From: Auanema rhodensis
Taxonomy: Eukaryota; Animalia; Nematoda
Direction of reading: 5' to 3'
Length of the DNA stretch: 64,000 nucleotides
NCBI GenBank assembly: GCA_964057225.1
Contig: OZ059894.1
Location: 20,460,001 to 20,524,000 of the forward strand
The notes below the pieces were generated by a model that searched no databases, was not told the origin of the DNA, and saw only the letters and a program-made list of their open reading frames with translations. The position numbers and the translations under genes are program-made. Positions 40,015-55,100 of this stretch are shown here, in pieces (the stretch's first letter is position 1; the number at the start of each line of letters is the position of its first letter).

Positions 40015-43000
40015 GATATAAGTGTGAACTTATATCAGTTGATATCTCGGTGCATTTTTAAGCTAGCGCAAATCTGATAACACAGATCGACGCAGCTTAA
40101 AAATCCGCATCGAATGCACTATACTACATTGAGAAACGCTTAATACAAAAATTAGTTATGATCGTTTGAAAAATGATGCATTAGTGTATGTTGAGTTTCC
40201 ATGTACACTCAACATTGCTTCCAAAAACATTTTGACAAAAATTTTTTCGAAACATTTCAAAATAATTCAGCAAAAAGTAGATGTTTTTAGATTCCTTTTT
40301 TCAAGGCAAAGACGATGGACAATGTTATTCAACGAAAAAATTAACTCTTCAGGGTGAAAATCGAGGATATAAGTGTGAACTTATATCAGTTGATATCTCG
40401 GTGCATTTTTAAGCTAGCGCAAATCTGATAACACAGATCGACGCAGCTTAAAAATCCGCATCGAATGCACTATACTACATTGAGAAACGCTAAATACAAA
40501 AATTAGTTATGATCGTTTGAAAAATGATGCATTAGTGTATGTTGAGTTTCCATGTACACTCAACATTGCTTCCAAAAACATTTTGACAAAAATTTTTTCG
40601 AAACATTTCAAAATAATTCAGCAAAAAGTAGATGTTTTTAGATTCCTTTTTTCAAGGCAAAGACGATGGACAATGTTATTCAACGAAAAAATTAACTCTT
40701 CAGGGTGAAAATCGAGGATATAAGTGTGAACTTATATCAGTTGATATCTCGGTGCATTTTTAAGCTAGCGCAAATCTGATAACACAGATCGACGCAGCTT
40801 AAAAATCCGCATCGAATGCACTATACTACATTGAGAAACGCTTAATATAAAAATTAGTTATGATCGTTTGAAAAATGATGCATTAGTGTATGTTGAGTTT
40901 CCATGTACACTCAACATTGCTTCCAAAAACATTTTGACAAAAATTTTTTCGAAACATTTCAAAATAATTCAGCAAAAAGTAGATGTTTTTAGATTCCTAT
41001 TTTCAAAGTAAAGACGATGGACAATGTTATTCAACGAAAAAATTAACTCTTCAGGGTGAAAATCGAGGATATAAGTGTGAACTTATATCAGTTGATATCT
41101 CGGTGCATTTTTAAGCTAGCGCAAATCTGATAACACAGATCGACGCAGCTTAAAAATCCGCATCGAATGCACTATACTACATTGAGAAACGCTTAATACA
41201 AAAATTAGTTATGATCGTTTGAAAAATGATGCATTAGTGTATGTTGAGTTTCCATGTACACTCAACATTGCTTCCAAAAACATTTTGACAAAAATTTTTT
41301 CGAAAAATTTCAAAATAATTTAGCAAAAAGTAGATGTTTTTAGATTCCTTCTTTCAAGGCAAAGACGATGGACAATGTTATTCAACGAAAAAAATAATTC
41401 TTCAGGGTGAAAATCGAGGATATAAGTGTGAACTTATATCAGTTGATATCTCGGTGCATTTTTAAGCTAGCGCAAATCTGATAACACAGATCGACGCAGC
41501 TTAAAAATCCGCATCGAATGCACTATACTACATTGAGAAACGCTTAATACAAAAATTAGTTATGATCGTTTGAAAAATGATGCATTAGTGTATGTTGAGT
41601 TTCCATGTACACTCAACATTGCTTCCAAAAACATTTTGACAAAAATTTTTTCGAAAAATTTCAAAATAATTTAGCAAAAAGTAGATGTTTTTAGATTCCT
41701 ATTTTCAAAGTAAAGACGATGGACAATGTTATTCAACGAAAAAATTAACTCTTCAGGGTGAAAATCGAGGATATAAGTGTGAACTTATATCAGTTGATAT
41801 CTCGGTGCATTTTTAAGCTAGCGCAAATCTGATAACACAGATCGACGCAGCTTAAAAATCCGCATCGAATGCACTATACTACATTGAGAAACGCTTAATA
41901 CAAAAATTAGTTATGATCGTTTGAAAAATGATGCATTAGTGTATGTTGAGTTTCCATGTACACTCAACATTGCTTCCAAAAACATTTTGACAAAAATTTT
42001 TTCGAAAAATTTCAAAATAATTTAGCAAAAAGTAGATGTTTTTAGATTCCTTCTTTCAAGGCAAAGACGATGGACAATGTTATTCAACGAAAAAAATAAT
42101 TCTTCAGGGTGAAAATCGAGGATATAAGTGTGAACTTATATCAGTTGATATCTCGGTGCATTTTTAAGCTAGCGCAAATCTGATAACACAGATCGACGCA
42201 GCTTAAAAATCCGCATCGAATGCACTATACTACATTGAGAAACGCTTAATACAAAAATTAGTTATGATCGTTTGAAAAATGATGCATTAGTGTATGTTGA
42301 GTTTCCATGTACACTCAACATTGCTTCCAAAAACATTTTGACAAAAATTTTTTCGAAAAATTTCAAAATAAATTAGCAAAAAGTAGATGTTTTTAGATTT
42401 CTTTTTTTAAGGCAAAGACGATGGACAATGTTATTCAACGAAAAAATTAATTCTTCAGGGTGAAAATCGAGGATATAAGTGTGAACTTATATCAGTTGAT
42501 ATCTCGGTGCATTTTTAAGCTAGCGCAAATCTGATAACACAGAACGACGCAGCTTAAAAATCCGCATCGAATGCACTATACTACATTGAGAAACGCTTAA
42601 TACAAAAATTAGTTATGATCGTTTGAAAAATGATGCATTAGTGTATGTTGAGTTTCCATGTACACTCAACATTGCTTCCAAAAACATTTTGACAAAAATT
42701 TTTTCGAAAAATTTCAAAATAAATTAGCAAAAAGTAGATGTTTTTAGATTCCTTTTTTTAAGGCAAAGACGATGGACAATGTTATTCAACGAAAAAATTA
42801 ATTCTTCAGGGTGAAAATCGAGGATATAAGTGTGAACTTATATCAGTTGATATCTCGGTGCATTTTTAAGCTAGCGCAAATCTGATAACACAGATCGACG
42901 CAGCTTAAAAATCCGCATCGAATGCACTATACTACATTGAGAAACGCTTGATACAAAAATTAGTTATGATCGTTTGAAAAATGATGCATTAGTTTATGTT

Positions 43001-46000
43001 GAGTTTCCATGTACACTCAACATTGCTTCCAAAAACATTTTGACAAAAATTTTTTCGAAACATTTCAAAATAATTCAGCAAAAAGTAGATGTTTTTAGAT
43101 TCCTTTTTTCAAGGCAAAGACGATGGACAATGTTATTCAACGAAAAAATTAACTCTTCAGGGTGAAAATCGAGGATATAAGTGTGAACTTATATCAGTTG
43201 ATATCTCGGTGCATTTTTAAGCTAGCGCAAATCTGATACCACAGATCGACGCAGCTTAAAAATCCGCATCGAATGCACTATACTACATTGAGAAACGCTT
43301 AATACGAAAATTAGTTATGATCGTTTGAAAAATGATGCATTACTGTATGTTGAGTTTCCATGTACACTCAACATTGCTTCCAAAAACATTTTGACAAAAA
43401 TTTTTTCGAAAAATTTCAAAATAAATTAGCAAAAAGTAGATGTTTTTAGATTCCTTTTCTCAAGGCAAAGACGATGGACAATGTTATTCAACGAAAAAAT
43501 TAATTCTTCAGGGTGAAAATCGAGGATATAAGTGTGAACTTATATCAGTTGATATCTCGGTGCATTTTTAAGCTAGCGCAAATCTGATAACACAGATCGA
43601 CGCAGCTTAAAAATCCGCATCGAATGCACTATACTACATTGAGAAACGCTTAATACAAAAATTAGTTATGATCGTTTGAAAAATGATGCATTAGTGTATG
43701 TTGAGTTTCCATGTACACTCAACATTGCTTCCAAAAACATTTTGACAAAAATTTTTTCGAAACATTTCAAAATAATTCAGCAAAAAGTAGATGTTTTTAG
43801 ATTCCTTTTTTCAAGGCAAAGACGATGGACAATGTTATTCAACGAAAAAATTAACTCTTCAGGGTGAAAATCGAGGATATAAGTGTGAACTTATATCAGT
43901 TGATATCTCGGTGCATTTTTAAGCTAGCGCAAATCTGATAACACAGATCGACGCAGCTTAAAAATCCGCATCGAATGCACTATACTACATTGAGAAACGC
44001 TTAATACAAAAATTAGTTATGATCGTTTGAAAAATGATGCATTAGTGTATGTTGAGTTTCCATGTACACTCAACATTGCTTCCAAAAACATTTTGACAAA
44101 AATTTTTTCGAAACATTTCAAAATAATTCAGCAAAAAGTAGATGTTTTTAGATTCCTTTTTTCAAGGCAAAGACGATGGACAATGTTATTCAACGAAAAA
44201 ATTAACTCTTCAGGGTGAAAATCGAGGATATAAGTGTGAACTTATATCAGTTGATATCTCGGTGCATTTTTAAGCTAGCGCAAATCTGATAACACAGATC
44301 GACGCAGCTTAAAAATCCGCATCGAATGCACTATACTACATTGAGAAACGCTTAATATAAAAATTAGTTATGATCGTTTGAAAAATGATGCATTAGTGTA
44401 TGTTGAGTTTCCATGTACACTCAACATTGCTTCCAAAAACATTTTGACAAAAATTTTTTCGAAAAATTTCAAAATAATTTAGCAAAAAGTAGATGTTTTT
44501 AGATTCCTATTTTCAAAGTAAAGACGATGGACAATGTTATTCAACGAAAAAATTAACTCTTCAGGGTGAAAATCGAGGATATAAGTGTGAACTTATATCA
44601 GTTGATATCTCGGTGCATTTTTAAGCTAGCGCAAATCTGATAACACAGATCGACGCAGCTTAAAAATCCGCATCGAATGCACTATACTACATTGAGAAAC
44701 GCTTAATACAAAAATTAGTTATGATCGTTTGAAAAATGATGCATTAGTGTATGTTGAGTTTCCATGTACACTCAACATTGCTTCCAAAAACATTTTGACA
44801 AAAATTTTTTCGAAACATTTCAAAATAATTCAGCAAAAAGTAGATGTTTTTAGATTCCTTTTTTCAAGGCAAAGACGATGGACAATGTTATTCAACGAAA
44901 AAATTAACTCTTCAGGGTGAAAATCGAGGATATAAGTGTGAACTTATATCAGTTGATATCTCGGTGCATTTTTAAGCTAGCGCAAATCTGATAACACAGA
45001 TCGACGCAGCTTAAAAATCCGCATCGAATGCACTATACTACATTGAGAAACGCTTAATACAAAAATTAGTTATGATCGTTTGAAAAATGATGCATTAGTG
45101 TATGTTGAGTTTCCATGTACACTCAACATTGCTTCCAAAAACATTTTGACAAAAATTTTTTCGAAACATTTCAAAATAATTCAGCAAAAAGTAGATGTTT
45201 TTAGATTCCTTTTTTCAAGGCAAAGACGATGGACAATGTTATTCAACGAAAAAATTAACTCTTCAGGGTGAAAATCGAGGATATAAGTGTGAACTTATAT
45301 CAGTTGATATCTCGGTGCATTTTTAAGCTAGCGCAAATCTGATAACACAGATCGACGCAGCTTAAAAATCCGCATCGAATGCACTATACTACATTGAGAA
45401 ACGCTTAATATAAAAATTAGTTATGATCGTTTGAAAAATGATGCATTAGTGTATGTTGAGTTTCCATGTACACTCAACATTGCTTCCAAAAACATTTTGA
45501 CAAAAATTTTTTCGAAACATTTCAAAATAATTCAGCAAAAAGTAGATGTTTTTAGATTCCTATTTTCAAAGTAAAGACGATGGACAATGTTATTCAACGA
45601 AAAAATTAACTCTTCAGGGTGAAAATCGAGGATATAAGTGTGAACTTATATCAGTTGATATCTCGGTGCATTTTTAAGCTAGCGCAAATCTGATAACACA
45701 GATCGACGCAGCTTAAAAATCCGCATCGAATGCACTATACTACATTGAGAAACGCTTAATACAAAAATTAGTTATGATCGTTTGAAAAATGATGCATTAG
45801 TGTATGTTGAGTTTCCATGTACACTCAACATTGCTTCCAAAAACATTTTGACAAAAATTTTTTCGAAAAATTTCAAAATAATTTAGCAAAAAGTAGATGT
45901 TTTTAGATTCCTTCTTTCAAGGCAAAGACGATGGACAATGTTATTCAACGAAAAAAATAATTCTTCAGGGTGAAAATCGAGGATATAAGTGTGAACTTAT

Positions 46001-49000
46001 ATCAGTTGATATCTCGGTGCATTTTTAAGCTAGCGCAAATCTGATAACACAGATCGACGCAGCTTAAAAATCCGCATCGAATGCACTATACTACATTGAG
46101 AAACGCTTAATACAAAAATTAGTTATGATCGTTTGAAAAATGATGCATTAGTGTATGTTGAGTTTCCATGTACACTCAACATTGCTTCCAAAAACATTTT
46201 GACAAAAATTTTTTCGAAAAATTTCAAAATAATTTAGCAAAAAGTAGATGTTTTTAGATTCCTATTTTCAAAGTAAAGACGATGGACAATGTTATTCAAC
46301 GAAAAAATTAACTCTTCAGGGTGAAAATCGAGGATATAAGTGTGAACTTATATCAGTTGATATCTCGGTGCATTTTTAAGCTAGCGCAAATCTGATAACA
46401 CAGATCGACGCAGCTTAAAAATCCGCATCGAATGCACTATACTACATTGAGAAACGCTTAATACAAAAATTAGTTATGATCGTTTGAAAAATGATGCATT
46501 AGTGTATGTTGAGTTTCCATGTACACTCAACATTGCTTCCAAAAACATTTTGACAAAAATTTTTTCGAAAAATTTCAAAATAATTTAGCAAAAAGTAGAT
46601 GTTTTTAGATTCCTTCTTTCAAGGCAAAGACGATGGACAATGTTATTCAACGAAAAAAATAATTCTTCAGGGTGAAAATCGAGGATATAAGTGTGAACTT
46701 ATATCAGTTGATATCTCGGTGCATTTTTAAGCTAGCGCAAATCTGATAACACAGATCGACGCAGCTTAAAAATCCGCATCGAATGCACTATACTACATTG
46801 AGAAACGCTTAATACAAAAATTAGTTATGATCGTTTGAAAAATGATGCATTAGTGTATGTTGAGTTTCCATGTACACTCAACATTGCTTCCAAAAACATT
46901 TTGACAAAAATTTTTTCGAAAAATTTCAAAATAAATTAGCAAAAAGTAGATGTTTTTAGATTTCTTTTTTTAAGGCAAAGACGATGGACAATGTTATTCA
47001 ACGAAAAAATTAATTCTTCAGGGTGAAAATCGAGGATATAAGTGTGAACTTATATCAGTTGATATCTCGGTGCATTTTTAAGCTAGCGCAAATCTGATAA
47101 CACAGAACGACGCAGCTTAAAAATCCGCATCGAATGCACTATACTACATTGAGAAACGCTTAATACAAAAATTAGTTATGATCGTTTGAAAAATGATGCA
47201 TTAGTGTATGTTGAGTTTCCATGTACACTCAACATTGCTTCCAAAAACATTTTGACAAAAATTTTTTCGAAAAATTTCAAAATAAATTAGCAAAAAGTAG
47301 ATGTTTTTAGATTCCTTTTTTTAAGGCAAAGACGATGGACAATGTTATTCAACGAAAAAATTAATTCTTCAGGGTGAAAATCGAGGATATAAGTGTGAAC
47401 TTATATCAGTTGATATCTCGGTGCATTTTTAAGCTAGCGCAAATCTGATAACACAGATCGACGCAGCTTAAAAATCCGCATCGAATGCACTATACTACAT
47501 TGAGAAACGCTTGATACAAAAATTAGTTATGATCGTTTGAAAAATGATGCATTAGTTTATGTTGAGTTTCCATGTACACTCAACATTGCTTCCAAAAACA
47601 TTTTGACAAAAATTTTTTCGAAACATTTCAAAATAATTCAGCAAAAAGTAGATGTTTTTAGATTCCTTTTTTCAAGGCAAAGACGATGGACAATGTTATT
47701 CAACGAAAAAATTAACTCTTCAGGGTGAAAATCGAGGATATAAGTGTGAACTTATATCAGTTGATATCTCGGTGCATTTTTAAGCTAGCGCAAATCTGAT
47801 ACCACAGATCGACGCAGCTTAAAAATCCGCATCGAATGCACTATACTACATTGAGAAACGCTTAATACGAAAATTAGTTATGATCGTTTGAAAAATGATG
47901 CATTACTGTATGTTGAGTTTCCATGTACACTCAACATTGCTTCCAAAAACATTTTGACAAAAATTTTTTCGAAAAATTTCAAAATAAATTAGCAAAAAGT
48001 AGATGTTTTTAGATTCCTTTTCTCAAGGCAAAGACGATGGACAATGTTATTCAACGAAAAAATTAATTCTTCAGGGTGAAAATCGAGGATATAAGTGTGA
48101 ACTTATATCAGTTGATATCTCGGTGCATTTTTAAGCTAGCGCAAATCTGATAACACAGATCGACGCAGCTTAAAAATCCGCATCGAATGCACTATACTAC
48201 ATTGAGAAACGCTTAATACAAAAATTAGTTATGATCGTTTGAAAAATGATGCATTAGTGTATGTTGAGTTTCCATGTACACTCAACATTGCTTCCAAAAA
48301 CATTTTGACAAAAATTTTTTCGAAACATTTCAAAATAATTCAGCAAAAAGTAGATGTTTTTAGATTCCTTTTTTCAAGGCAAAGACGATGGACAATGTTA
48401 TTCAACGAAAAAATTAACTCTTCAGGGTGAAAATCGAGGATATAAGTGTGAACTTATATCAGTTGATATCTCGGTGCATTTTTAAGCTAGCGCAAATCTG
48501 ATAACACAGATCGACGCAGCTTAAAAATCCGCATCGAATGCACTATACTACATTGAGAAACGCTTAATACAAAAATTAGTTATGATCGTTTGAAAAATGA
48601 TGCATTAGTGTATGTTGAGTTTCCATGTACACTCAACATTGCTTCCAAAAACATTTTGACAAAAATTTTTTCGAAACATTTCAAAATAATTCAGCAAAAA
48701 GTAGATGTTTTTAGATTCCTTTTTTCAAGGCAAAGACGATGGACAATGTTATTCAACGAAAAAATTAACTCTTCAGGGTGAAAATCGAGGATATAAGTGT
48801 GAACTTATATCAGTTGATATCTCGGTGCATTTTTAAGCTAGCGCAAATCTGATAACACAGATCGACGCAGCTTAAAAATCCGCATCGAATGCACTATACT
48901 ACATTGAGAAACGCTTAATATAAAAATTAGTTATGATCGTTTGAAAAATGATGCATTAGTGTATGTTGAGTTTCCATGTACACTCAACATTGCTTCCAAA

Positions 49001-49140
49001 AACATTTTGACAAAAATTTTTTCGAAAAATTTCAAAATAATTTAGCAAAAAGTAGATGTTTTTAGATTCCTATTTTCAAAGTAAAGACGATGGACAATGT
49101 TATTCAACGAAAAAATTAACTCTTCAGGGTGAAAATCGAG
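40015..49140. repeat. 13-monomer higher-order repeat (4563 bp), two tandem copies
   Basis: M115-127 and M128-140 have the same variant order. ORF hits pair at +4563: 40166/44729, 40517/45080, 42974/47537, 43676/48239, 44027/48590, 44729/49292. Confidence 0.88.
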
Positions 49141-52100
49141 GATATAAGTGTGAACTTATATCAGTTGATATCTCGGTGCATTTTTAAGCTAGCGCAAATC
49201 TGATAACACAGATCGACGCAGCTTAAAAATCCGCATCGAATGCACTATACTACATTGAGAAACGCTTAATACAAAAATTAGTTATGATCGTTTGAAAAAT
49301 GATGCATTAGTGTATGTTGAGTTTCCATGTACACTCAACATTGCTTCCAAAAACATTTTGACAAAAATTTTTTCGAAACATTTCAAAATAATTCAGCAAA
49401 AAGTAGATGTTTTTAGATTCCTTTTTTCAAGGCAAAGACGATGGACAATGTTATTCAACGAAAAAATTAACTCTTCAGGGTGAAAATCGAGGATATAAGT
49501 GTGAACTTATATCAGTTGATATCTCGGTGCATTTTTAAGCTAGCGCAAATCTGATAACACAGATCGACGCAGCTTAAAAATCCGCATCGAATGCACTATA
49601 CTACATTGAGAAACGCTTAATATAAAAATTAGTTATGATCGTTTGAAAAATGATGCATTAGTGTATGTTGAGTTTCCATGTACACTCAACATTGCTTCCA
49701 AAAACATTTTGACAAAAATTTTTTCGAAAAATTTCAAAATAATTTAGCAAAAAGTAGATGTTTTTAGATTCCTATTTTCAAAGTAAAGACGATGGACAAT
49801 GTTATTCAACGAAAAAATTAACTCTTCAGGGTGAAAATCGAGGATATAAGTGTGAACTTATATCAGTTGATATCTCGGTGCATTTTTAAGCTAGCGCAAA
49901 TCTGATAACACAGATCGACGCAGCTTAAAAATCCGCATCGAATGCACTATACTACATTGAGAAACGCTTAATACAAAAATTAGTTATGATCGTTTGAAAA
50001 ATGATGCATTAGTGTATGTTGAGTTTCCATGTACACTCAACATTGCTTCCAAAAACATTTTGACAAAAATTTTTTCGAAACATTTCAAAATAATTCAGCA
50101 AAAAGTAGATGTTTTTAGATTCCTTTTTTCAAGGCAAAGACGATGGACAATGTTATTCAACGAAAAAATTAACTCTTCAGGGTGAAAATCGAGGATATAA
50201 GTGTGAACTTATATCAGTTGATATCTCGGTGCATTTTTAAGCTAGCGCAAATCTGATAACACAGATCGACGCAGCTTAAAAATCCGCATCGAATGCACTA
50301 TACTACATTGAGAAACGCTTAATACAAAAATTAGTTATGATCGTTTGAAAAATGATGCATTAGTGTATGTTGAGTTTCCATGTACACTCAACATTGCTTC
50401 CAAAAACATTTTGACAAAAATTTTTTCGAAACATTTCAAAATAATTCAGCAAAAAGTAGATGTTTTTAGATTCCTTTTTTCAAGGCAAAGACGATGGACA
50501 ATGTTATTCAACGAAAAAATTAACTCTTCAGGGTGAAAATCGAGGATATAAGTGTGAACTTATATCAGTTGATATCTCGGTGCATTTTTAAGCTAGCGCA
50601 AATCTGATAACACAGATTCGACGCAGCTTAAAAATCCGCATCGAATGCACTATACTACATTGAGAAACGCTTAATATAAAAATTAGTTATGATCGTTTGA
50701 AAAATGATGCATTAGTGTATGTTGAGTTTCCATGTACACTCAACATTGCTTCCAAAAACATTTTGACAAAAATTTTTTCGAAAAATTTCAAAATAATTTA
50801 GCAAAAAGTAGATGTTTTTAGATTCCTATTTTCAAAGTAAAGACGATGGACAATGTTATTCAACGAAAAAATTAACTCTTCAGGGTGAAAATCGAGGATA
50901 TAAGTGTGAACTTATATCAGTTGATATCTCGGTGCATTTTTAAGCTAGCGCAAATCTGATAACACAGATCGACGCAGCTTACAAATCCGCATCGAATGCA
51001 CTATACTACATTGAGAAACGCTTAATACAAAAATTAGTTATGATCGTTTGAAAAATGATGCATTAGTGTATGTTGAGTTTCCATGTACACTCAACATTGC
51101 TTCCAAAAACATTTTGACAAAAATTTTTTCGAAAAATTTCAAAATAATTTAGCAAAAAGTAGATGTTTTTAGATTCCTTCTTTCAAGGCAAAGACGATGG
51201 ACAATGTTATTCAACGAAAAAAATAATTCTTCAGGGTGAAAATCGAGGATATAAGTGTGAACTTATATCAGTTGATATCTCGGTGCATTTTTAAGCTAGC
51301 GCAAATCTGATAACACAGATCGACGCAGCTTAAAAATCCGCATCGAATGCACTATACTACATTGAGAAACGCTTAATAAAAAAATTAGTTATGATCGTTT
51401 GAAAAATGATGCATTAGTGTATGTTGAGTTTCCATGTACACTCAACATTGCTTCCAAAAACATTTTGACAAAAATTTTTTCGAAAAATTTCAAAATAATT
51501 TAGCAAAAAGTAGATGTTTTTAGATTCCTTCTTTCAAGGCAAAGACGATGGACAATGTTATTCAACGAAAAAAATAATTCTTCAGGGTGAAAATCGAGGA
51601 TATAAGTGTGAACTTATATCAGTTGATATCTCGGTGCATTTTTAAGCTAGCGCAAATCTGATAACACAGATCGACGCAGCTTAAAAATCCGCATCGAATG
51701 CACTATACTACATTAAGAAACGCTTAATACAAAAATTAGTTATGATCGTTTGAAAAATGATGCATTAGTGTATGTTGAGTTTCCATGTACACTCAACATT
51801 GCTTCCAAAAACATTTTGACAAAAATTTTTTCGAAAAATTTCAAAATAAATTAGCAAAAAGTAGATGTTTTTAGATTTCTTTTTTTAAGGCAAAGACGAT
51901 GGACAATGTTATTCAACGAAAAAATTAATTCTTCAGGGTGAAAATCGAGGATATAAGTGTGAACTTATATCAGTTGATATCTCGGTGCATTTTTAAGCTA
52001 GCGCAAATCTGATAACACAGAACGACGCAGCTTAAAAATCCGCATCGAATGCACTATACTACATTGAGAAACGCTTAATACAAAAATTAGTTATGATCGT

Positions 52101-55100
52101 TTGAAAAATGATGCATTAGTGTATGTTGAGTTTCCATGTACACTCAACATTGCTTCCAAAAACATTTTGACAAAAATTTTTTCGAAAAATTTCAAAATAA
52201 ATTAGCAAAAAGTAGATGTTTTTAGATTCCTTTTTTTAAGGCAAAGACGATGGACAATGTTATTCAACGAAAAAATTAATTCTTCAGGGTGAAAATCGAG
52301 GATATAAGTGTGAACTTATATCAGTTGATATCTCGGTGCATTTTTAAGCTAGCGCAAATCTGATAACACAGATCGACGCAGCTTAAAAATCCGCATCGAA
52401 TGCACTATACTACATTGAGAAACGCTTGATACAAAAATTAGTTATGATCGTTTGAAAAATGATGCATTAGTTTATGTTGAGTTTCCATGTACACTCAACA
52501 TTGCTTCCAAAAACATTTTGACAAAAATTTTTTCGAAACATTTCAAAATAATTCAGCAAAAAGTAGATGTTATTAGATTCCTTTTTTCAAGGCAAAGACG
52601 ATGGACAATGTTATTCAACGAAAAAATTAACTCTTCAGGGTGAAAATCGAGGATATAAGTGTGAACTTATATCAGTTGATATCTCGGTGCATTTTTAAGC
52701 TAGCGCAAATCTGATACCACAGATCGACGCAGCTTAAAAATCCGCATCGAATGCACTATACTACATTGAGAAACGCTTAATACGAAAATTAGTTATGATC
52801 GTTTGAAAAATGATGCATTACTGTATGTTGAGTTTCCATGTACACTCAACATTGCTTCCAAAAACATTTTGACAAAAATTTTTTCGAAAAATTTCAAAAT
52901 AAATTAGCAAAAAGTAGATGTTTTTAGATTCCTTTTCTCAAGGCAAAGACGATGGACAATGTTATTCAACGAAAAAATTAATTCTTCAGGGTGAAAATCG
53001 AGGATATAAGTGTGAACTTATATCAGTTGATATCTCGGTGCATTTTTAAGCTAGCGCAAATCTGATAACACAGATCGACGCAGCTTAAAAATCCGCATCG
53101 AATGCACTATACTACATTGAGAAACGCTTGATACAAAAATTAGTTATGATCGTTTGAAAAATGATGCATTAGTGTATGTTGAGTTTCCATGTACACTCAA
53201 CATTGCTTCCAAAAACATTTTGACAAAAATTTTTTCGAAAAATTTCAAAATAATTTAGCAAAAAGTAGATGTTTTTAGATTCCTATTTTCAAAGTAAAGA
53301 CGATGGACAATGTTATTCAACGAAAAAATTAACTCTTCAGGGTGAAAATCGAGGATATAAGTGTGAACTTATATCAGTTGATATCTCGGTGCATTTTTAA
53401 GCTAGCGCAAATCTGATAACACAGATCGACGCAGCTTAAAAATCCGCATCGAATGCACTATACTACATTGAGAAACGCTTAATACAAAAATTAGTTATGA
53501 TCGTTTGAAAAATGATGCATTAGTGTATGTTGAGTTTCCATGTACACTCAACATTGCTTCCAAAAACATTTTGACAAAAATTTTTTCGAAAAATTTCAAA
53601 ATAATTTAGCAAAAAGTAGATGTTTTTAGATTCCTTCTTTCAAGGCAAAGACGATGGACAATGTTATTCAACGAAAAAAATAATTCTTCAGGGTGAAAAT
53701 CGAGGATATAAGTGTGAACTTATATCAGTTGATATCTCGGTGCATTTTTAAGCTAGCGCAAATCTGATAACACAGATCGACGCAGCTTAAAAATCCGCAT
53801 CGAATGCACTATACTACATTGAGAAACGCTTAATACAAAAATTAGTTATGATCGTTTGAAAAATGATGCATTAGTGTATGTTGAGTTTCCATGTACACTC
53901 AACATTGCTTCCAAAAACATTTTGACAAAAATTTTTTCGAAAAATTTCAAAATAAATTAGCAAAAAGTAGATGTTTTTAGATTTCTTTTTTTAAGGCAAA
54001 GACGATGGACAATGTTATTCAACGAAAAAATTAATTCTTCAGGGTGAAAATCGAGGATATAAGTGTGAAATTATATCAGTTGATATCTCGGTGCATTTTT
54101 AAGCTAGCGCAAATCTGATAACACAGAACGACGCAGCTTAAAAATCCGCATCGAATGCACTATACTACATTGAGAAACGCTTAATACAAAAATTAGTTAT
54201 GATCGTTTGAAAAATGATGCATTAGTGTATGTTGAGTTTCCATGTACACTCAACATTGCTTCCAAAAACATTTTGACAAAAATTTTTTCGAAAAATTTCA
54301 AAATAAATTAGCAAAAAGTAGATGTTTTTAGATTCCTTTTTTTAAGGCAAAGACGATGGACAATGTTATTCAACGAAAAAATTAATTCTTCAGGGTGAAA
54401 ATCGAGGATATAAGTGTGAACTTATATCAGTTGATATCTCGGTGCATTTTTAAGCTAGCGCAAATCTGATAACACAGATCGACGCAGCTTAAAAATCCGC
54501 ATCGAATGCTTTATACTACATTGAGAAACGCTTAATACAAAAATTAGTTATGATCGTTTGAAAAATGATGCATTAGTTTATGTTGAGTTTCCATGTACAC
54601 TCAATATTGCTTCGAAAAACATTTTGACAAAAATTTTTTCGAAAAATTTCAACATAAATTAGCAAAAAGTAGATGTTTTTAGATTCCTTTTTTCAAGGCA
54701 AAGACGATGGACAATGTTATTCAACGAAAAAATTAATTCTTCAGGGTGAAAATCGAGGATATAAGTGTGAACTTATATCAGTTGATATCTCGGTGCATTT
54801 TTAAGCTAGCGCAAATCTGATACCACAGATCGACGCAGCTTAAAAATCCGCATCGAATGCACTATACTACATTGAGAAACGCTTAATACGAAAATTAGTT
54901 ATGATCGTTTGAAAAATGATGCATTACTGTATGTTGAGTTTCCATGTACACTCAACATTGCTTCCAAAAACATTTTGACAAAAATTTTTTCGAAAAATTT
55001 CAAAATAAATTAGCAAAAAGTAGATGTTTTTAGATTCCTTTTCTCAAGGCAAAGACGATGGACAATGTTATTCAACGAAAAAATTAATTCTTCAGGGTGA

